From a virus: 64,000 bases of DNA. The notes beneath the pieces were generated by a model. That model saw nothing but the letters and a program-made list of their open reading frames with translations. It was not told the origin of the DNA and made no database searches. The DNA lies in IMG/VR virus record IMGVR_UViG_3300042507_005574. The stretch is one strand, 5' to 3'. The position numbers and the translations under genes were made by a program. How positions within the stretch are numbered: the stretch's first letter is position 1; every line of letters starts with the position of its first letter. Below are positions 38,487 to 49,159 of this stretch, one piece after another.

Positions 38487-39668
38487 ATGAATCAGTATCC
38501 ATTTGACCCACTTAATCCATGGTATGACAGCGATCTGCAACCGGTGCCCAAGCCTCCGAAGCCGAATCCAGCATGGCCCTGGGGCGAAGACGAATATGAA
38601 AATGCTTTCTCAGATTCAGGGGACACAAGCACAATTAGATCACCACCGCTGTATTATCCTGATGATCTTGGTCAGACCGATGATCTTCAATATATGATGC
38701 GGTTTACCATTTATGATACCGGCGGAATTGAGTTGAGAAGACATAGACAGAAGTTCACAGAAAATCAAAATGAATTGACTAGGATGTTTCAATCTAGAGA
38801 GCAAAGTGAAAGGGAAGATCCAAATGCGAGCATATCCCTTGCCCAACTTGTGAAACTTGCTAAAGTATCATTTGATACAACAGTAGATAATGTTTTAAAC
38901 GCTTTTGGTGGCGACAGTTCGGGGTTTAATGTGAGCGGAGCGGCAAAAGGCAGGGATTCTTTTGTTGAGGAGGCATCGGGATTTGCTAAACTAACTGAGG
39001 AAGTTCAGAGCATATATCTTTACATTCCTGGACAAATAAATGTGTCTTACAAATTTGATTATGAAGATGCTGACCTAACTTCGTTAGATATATTAAGAGG
39101 ACTTAGAAGTCTTACTGAAACTCAAACTAGTACTTCGGCTGAAGTTCAAGCAGAACTGGCTAAAACTGTTGGAATGGCCGCTTTGAAAGTTGCAGATGAA
39201 ACTATAGAACTTGTTGGTGGGCAAGAGATATTTGCGAACAATCAGGCTGCGGCAACAAGGGAGATTAGAAATCCTTTTGTTGTGCATTTGTTCAAAGGAG
39301 TCGGAAGAAGAACATTTAGATTTGAGTTTGATTTTTTCCCAAGATCACAAACCGAAGCAGTTATTATTGAAAGAATAGTAAATACATTCAAGTTGTACGC
39401 ACACCCAAATAGATCTAAGGGTGGGAGATTTCTCGATTTCCCCGCTGAGTTTCAGATCGAATTCTTATACAAAAATGCTGAAGTTATTCGTATGCCTAAG
39501 ATAATGAAATGTGCTTTGACTTCGATAAGCACCGACTATGGTGAAAAAACATTTACATCTACAATTGTTGATTCAGAGGGTAAAGTGTCTCCCACAAAAA
39601 TCAAACTCAATTTAGAATTCAGCGAACTTGAACTTTTAACAAGAGAACGAATAGCAAGAGGAGCATAA
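38487..39668 (+). CDS. gp48: Baseplate tail-tube cap
   Basis: LYYPDDL, IYLYIP, NPFVVHLFKGVGRRTFRFEFDFFPRS..EA, FLDFPAEF.IEF, CALTSISTDY, LEFSELELLTR. Confidence 0.88.
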   Translation: MNQYPFDPLNPWYDSDLQPVPKPPKPNPAWPWGEDEYENAFSDSGDTSTIRSPPLYYPDDLGQTDDLQYMMRFTIYDTGGIELRRHRQKFTENQNELTRMFQSREQSEREDPNASISLAQLVKLAKVSFDTTVDNVLNAFGGDSSGFNVSGAAKGRDSFVEEASGFAKLTEEVQSIYLYIPGQINVSYKFDYEDADLTSLDILRGLRSLTETQTSTSAEVQAELAKTVGMAALKVADETIELVGGQEIFANNQAAATREIRNPFVVHLFKGVGRRTFRFEFDFFPRSQTEAVIIERIVNTFKLYAHPNRSKGGRFLDFPAEFQIEFLYKNAEVIRMPKIMKCALTSISTDYGEKTFTSTIVDSEGKVSPTKIKLNLEFSELELLTRERIARGA

Positions 39669-39670
39669 TC

Positions 39671-40576
39671 GTGGCATATTTTGGCAACTTTCCAAATCTA
39701 GCCTACCCGATAGTCATCGATGGTAAGACTGTTCGTATTAATGCAAAGAACATTACCGTAAGAGCAAAGTTTCTAGACTATGTGAAAACATCACAGGTAT
39801 CCTATCGTGATTACACTATAAAAGATGGTGATCGTCCTGATACACTTTCTTATCGTTTATATGGAAGATCGGATTTACATTGGGTTATATTGATCTTCAA
39901 TGAAATACTGAATCCCTTTTTTGATTGGCCTTTAACATCCGGTGACTTGAACCGAATGATTAAAAACAATTACAAAGGAAAAGCGATATTCATCAACTCA
40001 AAGGTAGCAAAATTCGGAAATAGGTTTGGAATTCTGGAAGCAGCAAATGAACAATTATGGTATGAGGTCGGACAGAGAGTAACACAAACTAGAGGCTCGT
40101 CTATTGTACACGGAACTGTAAAAAGTTGGGATCCTAATTTATACAAAATTGTTTTGGACTCTGATACTATAACTGGATCCTTTTCTATAACTCCAAATAT
40201 CACAAATTTTAACTCCGAAATTTTGGATTTAACTCACAATAGAACTGATGGTCTAAGCATATATGCTTCTGTTGGAAAAGTAGTCGAAGATAATATTTAC
40301 TCTGTGCATCATTTTGTTGACACAAACACAGGTGATATTGTTGATCATCATGCACTCATATCCACTTCAGATGGGAGTATTGTAAATTCTAGCATCATGG
40401 ACAGATATGCAGTTTATGGGAACGAAGTTATACCGTTGGCGAATAGAAACATCGTTTCGGTGTCGAATTATCAGTATGAGACAGAAAAAAATGATTCCCT
40501 TCGAAACATCAAGATAGTTCGACCTGAAATTATTGACTCTGTTATCAAAGACATGAGGAGTTTGTTAAGTGATTAA
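39671..40576 (+). CDS. gp53: Baseplate wedge subunit (LysM-like)
   Basis: YFGNFPNLAY, YTIKDGDRPDTLSYRLYG..DLHWVILIFN, WPL, VSNYQYE..KND.LRNIK. Confidence 0.9.
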   Translation: MAYFGNFPNLAYPIVIDGKTVRINAKNITVRAKFLDYVKTSQVSYRDYTIKDGDRPDTLSYRLYGRSDLHWVILIFNEILNPFFDWPLTSGDLNRMIKNNYKGKAIFINSKVAKFGNRFGILEAANEQLWYEVGQRVTQTRGSSIVHGTVKSWDPNLYKIVLDSDTITGSFSITPNITNFNSEILDLTHNRTDGLSIYASVGKVVEDNIYSVHHFVDTNTGDIVDHHALISTSDGSIVNSSIMDRYAVYGNEVIPLANRNIVSVSNYQYETEKNDSLRNIKIVRPEIIDSVIKDMRSLLSD

Positions 40577-41882
40577 ATCAACTGATAAATTTTACACGGC
40601 AGGAGATGTTGTAGTTGATGAAATTCGTCTTGTGTCTTACTCAGGACTTGAAGTCGATTTGAGAAAGATTGTTGGAGACTTTTCAATCACAGAAGACATG
40701 TTTTCAAACTCTCTATCAGGATCACTAGTGATAGCCGATTCGATGAATTTGGTTAAAAACCTCCCAATAATAGGTGATGAAGACTTGTATATTTCTTTCT
40801 ACACTCCTGGCGTAGACAGCAAACCAAGAAAAGTTCGATTCAAAATCTATAAAGTCTCATCATATATTCGTGGACAGGGGGCTGCAAATGTACTCATTCG
40901 TGTTGAGTTTATGTGTCCCGCATTAGTATTATCGAACAGGACTAGGCTGCGTAAAGTTTTTAGAAATCTCCCCGTGAACGAAATGGTTAAAACTATTTAC
41001 TCTGAGATGCGAGATAAGGAAAAACAAAGGAATTTAGATCTTCCCGAACTTTTAACAGACGAAACATTCGGATCAACTACAGTTTTGATTCCAAATTGGT
41101 CTCCTTTTTATACCATAAATTGGCTTGCAAATAGAGGAGTATCAGAGTCGAATACGCAAATTGCGGACTATGTTTTTTATCAAGATCTTGATAAGTATAA
41201 CTTTGTTCCCATTTCCAAACTGAAAAAATTAAGTCCCATTTGCACATATAAAAACGCACCTGGTGGATTTAGGTCGGCTAGTGGTGATCGGATGTTGGAG
41301 TCGGAACTTCGTAATATTATAGACTACTCTGTACGAGATTTAGGAGATAAAGTTGATGAGACAACTATGGGAGTTTATGCATCAAATATGCTTGTACATG
41401 AAGTAAACACAAAATCATACTTCATGTACAATTACACTTATAAAGATGCCTTTGACAACGCTCCTAGTTTAAATAAAGGTAGAATGTTGCCATATTACAG
41501 TCCAATTCAAAAATCATTTGATGCTCATGTTAAGTATTATGATAAGTCTTATTTTCAGTTCAGTAATCATGAAGACGCATCTGGAATTGATAGATTTTTG
41601 AACAGACAATCTCAGATGCATCAGATGAATTCTATGACCATGGTTTTAAATGTATATGGGGATACAACTATAAGAGTGGGTAATGTAATCAGACTTGAGT
41701 TTTTTACGCAAGAATATAGTAAATACAGAGATGATTTTTTGGATGAATATTTGACTGCTAATTATATGATTACTGCAATAGTACATAATGTAACAGATGG
41801 GGTTCATACTATGAAAATGACTGTCGCAAGAGACAGTTATGGTAGTGAATTACCGGATATTAAAGAGAAAGTTATAAGATGA
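40569..41882 (+). CDS. Baseplate hub protein (gp27/VgrG-like)
   Basis: ITEDMFSNSLSGSLVIAD, IPNWSPF..INWL, FYQD, VYGD...RVG, YMITAIVH. Lies between gp53 and gp5. Confidence 0.75.
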   Translation: MIKSTDKFYTAGDVVVDEIRLVSYSGLEVDLRKIVGDFSITEDMFSNSLSGSLVIADSMNLVKNLPIIGDEDLYISFYTPGVDSKPRKVRFKIYKVSSYIRGQGAANVLIRVEFMCPALVLSNRTRLRKVFRNLPVNEMVKTIYSEMRDKEKQRNLDLPELLTDETFGSTTVLIPNWSPFYTINWLANRGVSESNTQIADYVFYQDLDKYNFVPISKLKKLSPICTYKNAPGGFRSASGDRMLESELRNIIDYSVRDLGDKVDETTMGVYASNMLVHEVNTKSYFMYNYTYKDAFDNAPSLNKGRMLPYYSPIQKSFDAHVKYYDKSYFQFSNHEDASGIDRFLNRQSQMHQMNSMTMVLNVYGDTTIRVGNVIRLEFFTQEYSKYRDDFLDEYLTANYMITAIVHNVTDGVHTMKMTVARDSYGSELPDIKEKVIR

Positions 41883-43048
41883 GATTAAGACCCGATTTCA
41901 TAGGACTGAATGGATTTCTTTGGTGGCATGGTGTTGTCGAGGACATAGAAGATCCCGAAAAAATGGGCAGACTTCGTGTTAGAGTGTTAGGTTGGCACAC
42001 CGATGACAAGACATCTGTTGGAATCCCAACAGAGGATCTTCCGTGGGCGACAGTGCTTATGCCTATCACCACATCTTCTATGACAGGATTAGGAAGATCA
42101 CCAACAGGAATTCTACCGGGATCTTGGGTAATCGGGTTTTTCTTGGACGGAGAAGCAGCACAGCAACCATTTGTGCTTGGTTCTTATGGTGGAATTCAGA
42201 AACCCGATATTGCTCTAGGTTTAACAGCAGTTGCTGGACTTGATCAAGTTCCATACAACGATTTCAAAATTAAACCCAAATCACTTCAAAATAGAATCAT
42301 GAATAATAAAGTGGGATTTAGAGATCCATCAGGATTTTACCCAATAGAAGGGAGAATGGGAGAACCAGACACAAATCGTCTTGTAAGAAACGAGAACATA
42401 GATTGGACGGTCGTTAAAAAAAAGAGAGATGAGGTATTGGATTGTGATACTGCTCTTTATGGATATTGGCAGGAACCATACACCCCATATGCGGCCAAGT
42501 ATCCATATAATCATGTCGTAGAATCTCAGTCCGGTCACATTTTCGAAGTGGATGATACAACGGGTGCCGAAAGAATTCACACATATCATAGATCGGGAAC
42601 ATTCGATGAGATCCATCCAAATGGCAGTCAAGTTCATAAAGTTGTTGGGAATGAATGGAACATTACTTTAAATGATAGACTTATTTTAGTTCGTGGTAAT
42701 GCATCATGGAACACAGATAGGTTGATGAAGATTCGTGTTGGTAAAGATCTAGGTAAAAACGGGCATTTTGAGATTGAAGTCGAGGGGGATATGAGAGTCC
42801 TTGTTAAAGGCAACACCATCATGGAAACTCAAGGTAACTTCCTCCACAAGGTCAAAGGCAAATACACAACATCAAGCGAAGGGAATATGTTGTTCGTTGC
42901 TCCAAGAATAGATTTAAATCCAAATGGATCATCAGCGCAAAAAATACAAACTTTTCTGACTAAACTGAGAGGAACTATTAGGAAAGTAGTTCGTGATACT
43001 ATTGATGTTGTTAGGTTTAACGGAGCCATGAATAGGCGTAGGAATTAA
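41879..43048 (+). CDS. gp5: Baseplate central spike (OB fold plus beta-helix), no lysozyme domain
   Basis: WWHGVVED..DP..MGRLRVRVLG.H, LPWA, WVIGFFLDG..AQQP, YPYNHV.ES.SGH..E.DDT.GAERIH..H.SGT. Confidence 0.92.
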   Translation: MRLRPDFIGLNGFLWWHGVVEDIEDPEKMGRLRVRVLGWHTDDKTSVGIPTEDLPWATVLMPITTSSMTGLGRSPTGILPGSWVIGFFLDGEAAQQPFVLGSYGGIQKPDIALGLTAVAGLDQVPYNDFKIKPKSLQNRIMNNKVGFRDPSGFYPIEGRMGEPDTNRLVRNENIDWTVVKKKRDEVLDCDTALYGYWQEPYTPYAAKYPYNHVVESQSGHIFEVDDTTGAERIHTYHRSGTFDEIHPNGSQVHKVVGNEWNITLNDRLILVRGNASWNTDRLMKIRVGKDLGKNGHFEIEVEGDMRVLVKGNTIMETQGNFLHKVKGKYTTSSEGNMLFVAPRIDLNPNGSSAQKIQTFLTKLRGTIRKVVRDTIDVVRFNGAMNRRRN

Positions 43049-43049
43049 T

Positions 43050-43634
43050 ATGCTAGGACCAAGACCATTTAAAAGACTTCTTCCTAAATCAAAAGACACG
43101 AAACCTCCTGTCTTAAGCGTTGATAATATATCAGCAGAATTTTTTGGTCTTGGTGAGTCGCCTACACTAGATCTACCATCTACTTTAGACCAATCTTTAG
43201 TGAATGAGCAATTACTCGACAATCCGTCTTTGGTGATTGAAAACACCGTATCTATATTTCCGAATAATGAATTTTTGAGTGATGTTGCTGTGGGCATACC
43301 GATACCGAATCAGACTGATAGTAGTGCATTTGGTGGTGGTATTGGCACACAAAATTCAGAACAGCGACAGACATTTAATCAGACCTCATTAGATCGTCAA
43401 GAGAGTGTAGTTCTTATGCAAAACACTCTTTTATCGCCGCTTGTAGTTACGGGAAATATAGTATTTCAGGAACTTGGAACTAAGTTGAAATATTCAAAGG
43501 AACAGTCTAACAAGTTGAACGAAATACTTTCCACACAATTTCAATTGTTAAATTTAGATACTCAGGTCGTAGTTGATCCTCCAACATTTTTGTCTCCAGA
43601 TCCACCATTTGTTTTAGATGGGGGTGAATTCTAA
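43050..43634 (+). CDS. Hypothetical baseplate-region protein ending in LDGGEF
   Basis: ORF tightly packed between gp5 and the next gene. Confidence 0.6.
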   Translation: MLGPRPFKRLLPKSKDTKPPVLSVDNISAEFFGLGESPTLDLPSTLDQSLVNEQLLDNPSLVIENTVSIFPNNEFLSDVAVGIPIPNQTDSSAFGGGIGTQNSEQRQTFNQTSLDRQESVVLMQNTLLSPLVVTGNIVFQELGTKLKYSKEQSNKLNEILSTQFQLLNLDTQVVVDPPTFLSPDPPFVLDGGEF

Positions 43635-43636
43635 TT

Positions 43637-44332
43637 ATGCCGATGACGCATAGCGGCCAATATCCGATAGAATACTATTACCCTGGATTAGGTATCGGTC
43701 CCAACTACAATCCCATTGGATTTGGTCCAACATCGGAAAACTGTAGATTTACATGGACCGATTCAGGTAGAACATTTGGAAGAAAACCAATCTATGAAAA
43801 ACAATTTGTCGGTCAATGTATAGACATTAGTGTTGAGGCGAACTACACAAGATGTGTTGATTCTGTTCTAAATGGGACATATGATCCGCCATTTGCCGGA
43901 GCAGATGAGATTCCCGCTCAATGTTGCCCAACTGCTAGTGGACCAATAAAATATGCAGTTATAGGTGGAGAGTTTCCGCCGAGTTTAGTTTTGGACATAG
44001 ACACAGGAAAGATGTTCGGCCAAATAGATTCTTTACAAGAAATATCCCCCAACAGATTTGGATATTTCGATAAGACAGATTTTAGTAATGTCGATTATCT
44101 AGATGGATCGATAGGTGGCGGAAAGATATTTTTTACGATTAGGGCTTTTGATTCTGGAAATACATCTGATTTCTCTGACAAGGAATTCACATTTCATGTT
44201 AGAACAAATTGGGCTTTGCGAAGAGATAGGATGCTACTAAATATAAACAATCAATCTTATTTGGATGACATGAAAAAACAAGGATTCTTTACAGGTCCAG
44301 GATGCGACGAATACGAAGACGATATTTTCTGA
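43637..44332 (+). CDS. Hypothetical protein with a putative Ig-like (He_PIG-type) segment
   Basis: YAVIGGEFPPSLVLDIDTGKMFG...FFTIRAFD...KEFTF. Confidence 0.55.
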   Translation: MPMTHSGQYPIEYYYPGLGIGPNYNPIGFGPTSENCRFTWTDSGRTFGRKPIYEKQFVGQCIDISVEANYTRCVDSVLNGTYDPPFAGADEIPAQCCPTASGPIKYAVIGGEFPPSLVLDIDTGKMFGQIDSLQEISPNRFGYFDKTDFSNVDYLDGSIGGGKIFFTIRAFDSGNTSDFSDKEFTFHVRTNWALRRDRMLLNINNQSYLDDMKKQGFFTGPGCDEYEDDIF

Positions 44333-44341
44333 AAGGTTATA

Positions 44342-44626
44342 ATGCCCCCAGTTCACAGATTAAGAGACATATGCACAGGACATGGATGCTATCCACCAAG
44401 ACCGAATAGGTCTGCGTCTGCAAATGTCATTGTAAACAGTCGTGGATGGCATCGTAAAGGCGACTCATGGAAAGTCCATTGTTGCGGGGGGTGTCACAGT
44501 AGTGTAACTTGTAAAGGATCATCGACTGTATTTGTTAATAGTAGACAAGCGGTTCGGATCGGGGATCCTGTTTGTTGTGGCTCTGCCACAGCAACGGGAT
44601 CAGAAAATGTATTTTGTGGAGACTGA
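44342..44626 (+). CDS. PAAR spike-tip protein (gp5.4-like), Cys-rich
   Basis: MPPVHRLRDICTGHGCYPP, VFVNSRQAVRIGDPVCCGS, GSENVF. Confidence 0.88.
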   Translation: MPPVHRLRDICTGHGCYPPRPNRSASANVIVNSRGWHRKGDSWKVHCCGGCHSSVTCKGSSTVFVNSRQAVRIGDPVCCGSATATGSENVFCGD

Positions 44627-44628
44627 TC

Positions 44629-45021
44629 ATGGCAGAAATTAACGAAAATGCAGCAGATCTTGATATAAATTTTGCAAGAAATTTTTTCACAAATGATGTC
44701 ACTAGATTTACAGGTGACGCAGCAATACGCCGAGCACTTAAGAATTTGGTTCTCCTTAAATCAAATGAGAAGCCATTTCATCCAGAAATTAATTCTGGTA
44801 TAGCAGATCTTCTTTTTGAGAACACCTCCCCCATAATTGTTCAGGAAATCAAAAAACGAGTCGAAAAGGTCATAAGAACATACGAACCTAGAGTTAGTAG
44901 AACTATGATAAAATTGCAATATGATATAGACAGAAGTGAAGTCAAAATAAGCATAATGTATACAATAAAAAACATCAAAAAAGTCTTTGACACCACGATA
45001 ACATTACAGAGGACAAGATAA
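44629..45021 (+). CDS. gp25: Baseplate wedge subunit
   Basis: DLDINF, AIRRALKNLVL...EKPFHPE..SGI..LLFE, YEPRV. Start MAEINE at 44629 follows the PAAR stop. Confidence 0.92.
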   Translation: MAEINENAADLDINFARNFFTNDVTRFTGDAAIRRALKNLVLLKSNEKPFHPEINSGIADLLFENTSPIIVQEIKKRVEKVIRTYEPRVSRTMIKLQYDIDRSEVKISIMYTIKNIKKVFDTTITLQRTR

Positions 45022-46955
45022 TGTCAGATACAAAAATCAATGATTTAGATTTTGACAGCATCAAGTCTAGTCTAAGAGACTACTTGAGAGGACAAGAGCA
45101 GTTCAAAGATTATGACTTCGAAGGGTCTACTTTAAACATTCTTTTAGACCTTCTAGCGTATAATACGCATTATCAGGGATTCTATGCAAATATGGTTGCA
45201 AATGAAGCGTTCCTAGACTCTGCAATAGTGAGAAACTCTGTGGTGTCTTTAGCGAAACATTTGAACTATAGACCTAGATCAAAGAAAGCAGCCAGAGCAG
45301 TTGTAAATATTGAAATGATTCCAATTAACAGTGCTAGGGGTGGAGTTCCTGCATCTGCAACTGTGGCAGCCAACAAAGAGTATCTTCCTCCGGGAAAATC
45401 TTTCAGTGCTAGAGATGCGTTAGGTAAAACTGTAAACTTTGTTAACCTAGAGAATTACAGGTTCTCGGTTGTTGGTGGAAGATTTTTCATCAATAACGCT
45501 ATTTTATATGAGGGTAATATACAGACATCTTCATTTGTAGTGAATGTAAAAGATGTTAATCAAAAGTTCATAATTGATGACGATGATATCGATATTGATA
45601 CTCTATTTGTAAAAGTTCAAAGATCAGTTAGAGATACGACAGGCATAGAGGATGTTTGGTTTAGAGCGTTAGATGTTAATAAACTTGATGGAAATTCATT
45701 GGCATTTTTTGTACAGGAGGCAGAGGGAGGCAAATGGGAAATATATTTTGGTGATGGGATAGTTGGTAAAAATGTTGAAAATGGAAACTTGATATCAATA
45801 ATTTATTTGCGAACTAATGGAACTCTCGGAAATGGAATAGGCAACACAGATACCGAGCAGAACAGAACATTTACAACAACAAATACAGATACATCACAGT
45901 ACATAGTTTCAGTAGTCCGTGATGAAAATGGTAGACCATCTCCATCATTTGGTGGTTCTGAGCCAGAATCCATCAATTCAATCAAGTATTACGCTCCAAG
46001 AAACTATCAAGCACAAGATCGTGCGGTCACATCCACGGACTATCTCGTTTTACTTGCCAAAGAATATTCACTTAGATCAGAATCATTTTTAGTTTGGGGT
46101 GGTGAGGAAAATGATCCCCCGAATTACGGTAAGGTCTTTATTTCAGTCAAACCAAAGAATTCATCTAAGTTGTCTATAACTGAAAAACAAGCGATATCAA
46201 AAAGTATTTTGAGTCCTTTGAATGTTCTTACGGTTAAACCTGAGGTTGTAGATGCGGATGTAACATACATCAATCCCTCCGTAACAGTTTACTATGATCC
46301 GAGATTGACAACATCTTCAGCAGACAGTTTATCACAGGGAATAAGAGATAAGATAATAACATTTGGTGATATTAATTTAGACCAGTTTGGAAAAAATTTC
46401 AGACAGTCAAAGTTTAGTTCTTACATTGATGGGCTTGATGCATCTTTTAATAGCAGTAGCATTTCTTTACTTCTTGAAAAAAGGTTTGAGGTAAAATTCG
46501 GGCAGGCTCTTCCCTATAAAATTAAGTATGACAACAAACTGTTTCATCCAATTGATGGGTATCCTCCAATTATTAGTTCATCTGGATTTTTTCATTTAGA
46601 TTTAACCGCCACATCATTAATTAAACCTACCGTAGTTGCATATTTTGATGACGATGGTTATGGAAATATTAGAATTTATAAGTTGATAGGTAGTGAAAGA
46701 GTATACTTAAAAAGAAAAGCCGGAACTGTCAATTATGAAACCGGTTTAATTGAGATTAAATCATTTACACCGTTAGGTATTCCTGATGGTACTGTTGAAA
46801 TTAATATATTAGCCAAACCCGATAAGGGGGATATCTTTGTAAGAAGAAATCAAGTTCTAGTAATTAATACTGACAAGATAGATATTACAATGGTTCAGGA
46901 GAAATCGGTTATTGATAGAAAGGCAAGTGACACAGGATTCCCTTTCCTGACTTGA
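45021..46955 (+). CDS. gp6: Baseplate wedge subunit
   Basis: LDFDSIK, DYDFEGS.LNILLDLLAYNTHY, FLDSA..R.SVVSLAK, YFGDG, AQDRAVT..DY, WGGEEN.PP.YGKV. Confidence 0.95.
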   Translation: MSDTKINDLDFDSIKSSLRDYLRGQEQFKDYDFEGSTLNILLDLLAYNTHYQGFYANMVANEAFLDSAIVRNSVVSLAKHLNYRPRSKKAARAVVNIEMIPINSARGGVPASATVAANKEYLPPGKSFSARDALGKTVNFVNLENYRFSVVGGRFFINNAILYEGNIQTSSFVVNVKDVNQKFIIDDDDIDIDTLFVKVQRSVRDTTGIEDVWFRALDVNKLDGNSLAFFVQEAEGGKWEIYFGDGIVGKNVENGNLISIIYLRTNGTLGNGIGNTDTEQNRTFTTTNTDTSQYIVSVVRDENGRPSPSFGGSEPESINSIKYYAPRNYQAQDRAVTSTDYLVLLAKEYSLRSESFLVWGGEENDPPNYGKVFISVKPKNSSKLSITEKQAISKSILSPLNVLTVKPEVVDADVTYINPSVTVYYDPRLTTSSADSLSQGIRDKIITFGDINLDQFGKNFRQSKFSSYIDGLDASFNSSSISLLLEKRFEVKFGQALPYKIKYDNKLFHPIDGYPPIISSSGFFHLDLTATSLIKPTVVAYFDDDGYGNIRIYKLIGSERVYLKRKAGTVNYETGLIEIKSFTPLGIPDGTVEINILAKPDKGDIFVRRNQVLVINTDKIDITMVQEKSVIDRKASDTGFPFLT

Positions 46956-46961
46956 TAGAAG

Positions 46962-49148
46962 ATGTACGAAGATAAGTCTAAACAAATTTCTAATCTTGTA
47001 GCGGGAAGACTTCCTGAATTTGTTAGGGTCGATCATCCAACATTAGTTGCATTTCTTGAAACATATTATGAGTGGTTGCAAAAAAAAGAACGGGGCAAGC
47101 AAATTGTTAGCCCGATGCTTTTACAGGATATAATTGATGTAGATAAAAGTTTGGATGATTTTATCAGTCAATTCAAGAAAGAATATTTGTTCGATTTTCC
47201 CGAGCAGTTGGCTGTATCTAAAGAAACTGGAAATCCAGTTGATATCAGAAAACTAATTAAAAACATTAAATCATTTTATAGAGCAAAAGGTACAGAAAAG
47301 TCATACGAATTTTTGTTTAGAATTTTGTATGACACAGCAGTTGAATTTTATTATCCAAAGACCGATATTCTTCGGGTTTCTGATGGTAAGTGGTTACAGA
47401 AAACATCTATTAAAGTAACCAATACATTGAATGATCGTATATTTGAATCTATTGGTAGGATCATCTATCAGAAAAACGAATTAGGTCAGATAGTATCATC
47501 GGGGAAAGTCATTGATGTTTCGCTTTATCGTGAGGGGCAGAATGATGTCGCTGAATTAATAATTTCAGGCCGCAACGGCTCATTTACTCCTGGAAGCAAG
47601 GGTATAGATTTTAAAACTGAAAATGGAGAAACACTACATGAACTTAGAGTTTATGATGTGGTTGCATCTGTAACTATTTCGAACGGTGGATCTAACTACT
47701 CAGTTGGAGACAAAGTCTTTTTTACTTCTGCCGCAGGAGACAGCGGCGTTGGCGCACGGGGTTCTGTCTCACTTGTCGATGCCACAGGAAAAATTAGACG
47801 AATCAAAATTGAAAATTTTGGTATCAATTATCTCATCTCTCCAACAGTAAATGTGCAGTCTATTAGTGGTACGGGATTCGTTGGGGTTGCAAATACAGGA
47901 GCAATTTGTGAATATGAAGGGTACTACATAAATACTGATGGAAGAGTTAGTACCAATAAAGTCTTACAAGACAATCATTATTATCAAGATTATTCGTATG
48001 TTTTAAAAGCAGAAATTGTTATTGACGAATATCGTGAGTCAATCAGAAGACTTGTTCACCCTGCTGGTATGGCAATGTTTGGACAGGTTCTTATCAAACG
48101 CTGCGCCCGTGAAGATCTAGATCAATCATCCGCTTTAATTAAATTTGAAGTTCCTGTGATTGGTCACTACACACCGTACACATTCAATACATTTGACAAC
48201 TTACCTGACTGGTTTTCTATTCCAGGAACAGGAGCATCATCGGGATATAATGTTCATGTTGGATACAATCCCGCCAAACACGACTCTTTAATACAAGCAA
48301 TTGGTCTTTCGCCCGTTCCAAGACAAATCGGAAACCCAATAGCAAATATCATACCATTTGTTGAGGCTACAGGACCATCTTTTACTCCACTTGGTCTTAC
48401 CGGTTACAAAACTGCCGATCCATTCTGGATCATTTATGAACATCCAAATAGGAAGATAAGCGACATAGTCATTGCACAAGTTTGGAAAAATCAAATAGAT
48501 GATTTCACACAATGGCCTGAGTGGACCACTATAACGGGTGGCTCTCCTCCTGTAGGTTGGACTGCGGATTTTTATGGTGCATCGGGAACCTCTGCTGTTA
48601 ACAAGAAATATGCTCTACTGAAATATAACGAATTATCTGCTTTTAGAAAAATAACTGCAAGAGCATTTTTTAATATGCCGATTGGTAATGAATTTGATTG
48701 CAGAACAGAGGATAGGATTAGATATGCGAAACCGATTGTTTCGTTGATATATCCACTAAACACACAAAGAGTTTTTACTCCTGGCAGATGTGAATTTAAT
48801 GCTGGAATTTTGATTAGTAACTATGAAAATTTACCTAGATTTGGTGTTACTTCAGCAAGTAAAATAAGATTCACACTTTCAGGGTCAAAGAATGAAGTTA
48901 AAGTTATCAACATAAATGATAGAAACTGTTTGTTCCAGAATTTGACAGATGGTCCTTATTCATTGAAGGTTGAAGTTACCGATAGTAATGGGAAGGGAAT
49001 ACAAGGAATATCAGATACGGTGGTATTTGAGTTTTATTGTAGTGAACCAGTTTCACTTGGCGGTAGTGGCGGATCTGAGGATGCGGAAATTGACAGAATT
49101 ATTTCTAGTATATCTGGACAAGCACAAGATCCGCTCGGGTTCATTTAA
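46962..49148 (+). CDS. Baseplate wedge initiator (gp7-like)
   Basis: LPEFVR, FLETYYEWL, IKNIKSFYRAKGTEKSYEFLFRILY, LQDNHYYQDYSYV, VHPAGMAMFG. Lies between gp6 and gp8. Confidence 0.8.
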   Translation: MYEDKSKQISNLVAGRLPEFVRVDHPTLVAFLETYYEWLQKKERGKQIVSPMLLQDIIDVDKSLDDFISQFKKEYLFDFPEQLAVSKETGNPVDIRKLIKNIKSFYRAKGTEKSYEFLFRILYDTAVEFYYPKTDILRVSDGKWLQKTSIKVTNTLNDRIFESIGRIIYQKNELGQIVSSGKVIDVSLYREGQNDVAELIISGRNGSFTPGSKGIDFKTENGETLHELRVYDVVASVTISNGGSNYSVGDKVFFTSAAGDSGVGARGSVSLVDATGKIRRIKIENFGINYLISPTVNVQSISGTGFVGVANTGAICEYEGYYINTDGRVSTNKVLQDNHYYQDYSYVLKAEIVIDEYRESIRRLVHPAGMAMFGQVLIKRCAREDLDQSSALIKFEVPVIGHYTPYTFNTFDNLPDWFSIPGTGASSGYNVHVGYNPAKHDSLIQAIGLSPVPRQIGNPIANIIPFVEATGPSFTPLGLTGYKTADPFWIIYEHPNRKISDIVIAQVWKNQIDDFTQWPEWTTITGGSPPVGWTADFYGASGTSAVNKKYALLKYNELSAFRKITARAFFNMPIGNEFDCRTEDRIRYAKPIVSLIYPLNTQRVFTPGRCEFNAGILISNYENLPRFGVTSASKIRFTLSGSKNEVKVININDRNCLFQNLTDGPYSLKVEVTDSNGKGIQGISDTVVFEFYCSEPVSLGGSGGSEDAEIDRIISSISGQAQDPLGFI

Positions 49149-49159
49149 AGGAACACCAA